A stretch of 64,000 nucleotides of DNA, from NCBI GenBank assembly GCA_021785125.1, contig JAJYGF010000004.1, forward strand, positions 67,124 to 131,123, read 5' to 3'. The position numbers were made by a program, and so were the translations under genes. This DNA comes from a bacterium. Its GTDB lineage: Bacteria; Patescibacteriota; Minisyncoccia; Moranbacterales; UBA2206. This document shows positions 63,642 through 64,000 of this stretch, one piece after another (position 1 is the stretch's first letter; each line of letters begins with the position of its first letter). The notes under the pieces were generated by a model. It searched no databases and was not told where the DNA came from. It worked only from the letters and a program-made list of their open reading frames with translations.

Positions 63642-64000
63642 ATGAAAGCGGATTTAGAGGAGATAAAATCAAGACTTAATATTGTCGATGTTTTGGGCGA
63701 ATACATCCGTTTGGAAAAGGCGGGCGCCAATTGGCGCGCCAACTGTCCATTCCACAATGAAAAAACGCCTTCTTTTATGGTCAGCGAGGACAAGCAGATC
63801 TGGCATTGCTTCGGCTGCCAGAAAGGAGGCGATATCTTCAGTTTCGTCATGGAAATCGAAGGTTTGGAATTTCGCGACGCTTTGAAGATTCTGGCAGAAA
63901 AGGCTGGCGTACAGCTCAAGAAAGTCGATCCTAAATATATCGAACATAAAAATAGGACATTGGAAATTTTGGAATTGGCCACAAAATTCTATCAGGCCTA
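63642..64000 (+). CDS. dnaG: DNA primase DnaG (3' partial, runs off the window end)
   Basis: N-terminal zinc-binding domain CPFHNEKTPSFMVSEDKQIWHCFGCQKGGDIFSFVMEIEGLEFRDAL. No stop in the window, so it is not in the ORF track. Confidence 0.8.
   Translation, partial: MKADLEEIKSRLNIVDVLGEYIRLEKAGANWRANCPFHNEKTPSFMVSEDKQIWHCFGCQKGGDIFSFVMEIEGLEFRDALKILAEKAGVQLKKVDPKYIEHKNRTLEILELATKFYQA

Overview
This 64 kb window is a chromosomal segment centred on the replication origin of a small-genome, AT-rich bacterium (rpmH-rnpA-yidC-jag on the minus strand, DnaA boxes, dnaA-dnaN on the plus strand). Several clues point to a Candidate Phyla Radiation/Patescibacteria-type organism, but this is inference only. 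The clues are TrbC/VirB2-like pilin paralogues, lamin-tail-domain proteins, a 23S intervening-sequence four-helix protein, a DciA-like loader, leaderless promoters and a minimal gene set. Gene density is high and most genes are housekeeping: DnaA, DnaN, PolA, HolA, DnaG (partial), RuvABC, YebC, Fpg, PBP1A, TrxA/TrxB, GdhA, Pyk, TsaE, S20, L34, and a FemAB/Mur-ligase pair. Accessory content includes the following:
- A surface-protein/pilin cluster at 1-4900.
- A five-gene surface-glycan cluster at 4947-10367, with two Wzy_C/O-antigen-ligase-like genes, two GT2 genes and a flippase.
- A metal-sensor (CsoR family) plus permease pair.
- A four-gene minus-strand cassette at 23764-28233: a DUF1704/QEGLA HExxH protein, an ATP-grasp, a RimK-like ATP-grasp fused to a retropepsin-like DTGA protease, and a 7TM protein.
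- A 1007-aa polypeptide with two complete GspE/PilB ATPase cores fused in tandem.
- A 2.2 kb TrmB-regulator cassette flanked by ~85 bp direct repeats.
- A 36 bp nested palindrome present three times.
- A GHKL-ATPase/STAS pair.
- At 57445-60770, a tRNA-Ser followed by a large serine recombinase, then a 157-aa Cas12a N-terminal fragment that runs directly into a type V-A (Cas12a-type) CRISPR mini-array with two spacers. This looks like a decayed or mobile-element-borne CRISPR remnant. No cas1, cas2, cas4 or intact cas12a is present in the window.
On coordinates: they follow the supplied ORF track. That track evidently renders GTG/TTG starts as M, so several minus-strand starts were moved to the first internal ATG that removes overlap with the upstream gene. 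Exact starts remain uncertain, and my base counting within lines may be off by 1 in a few places.
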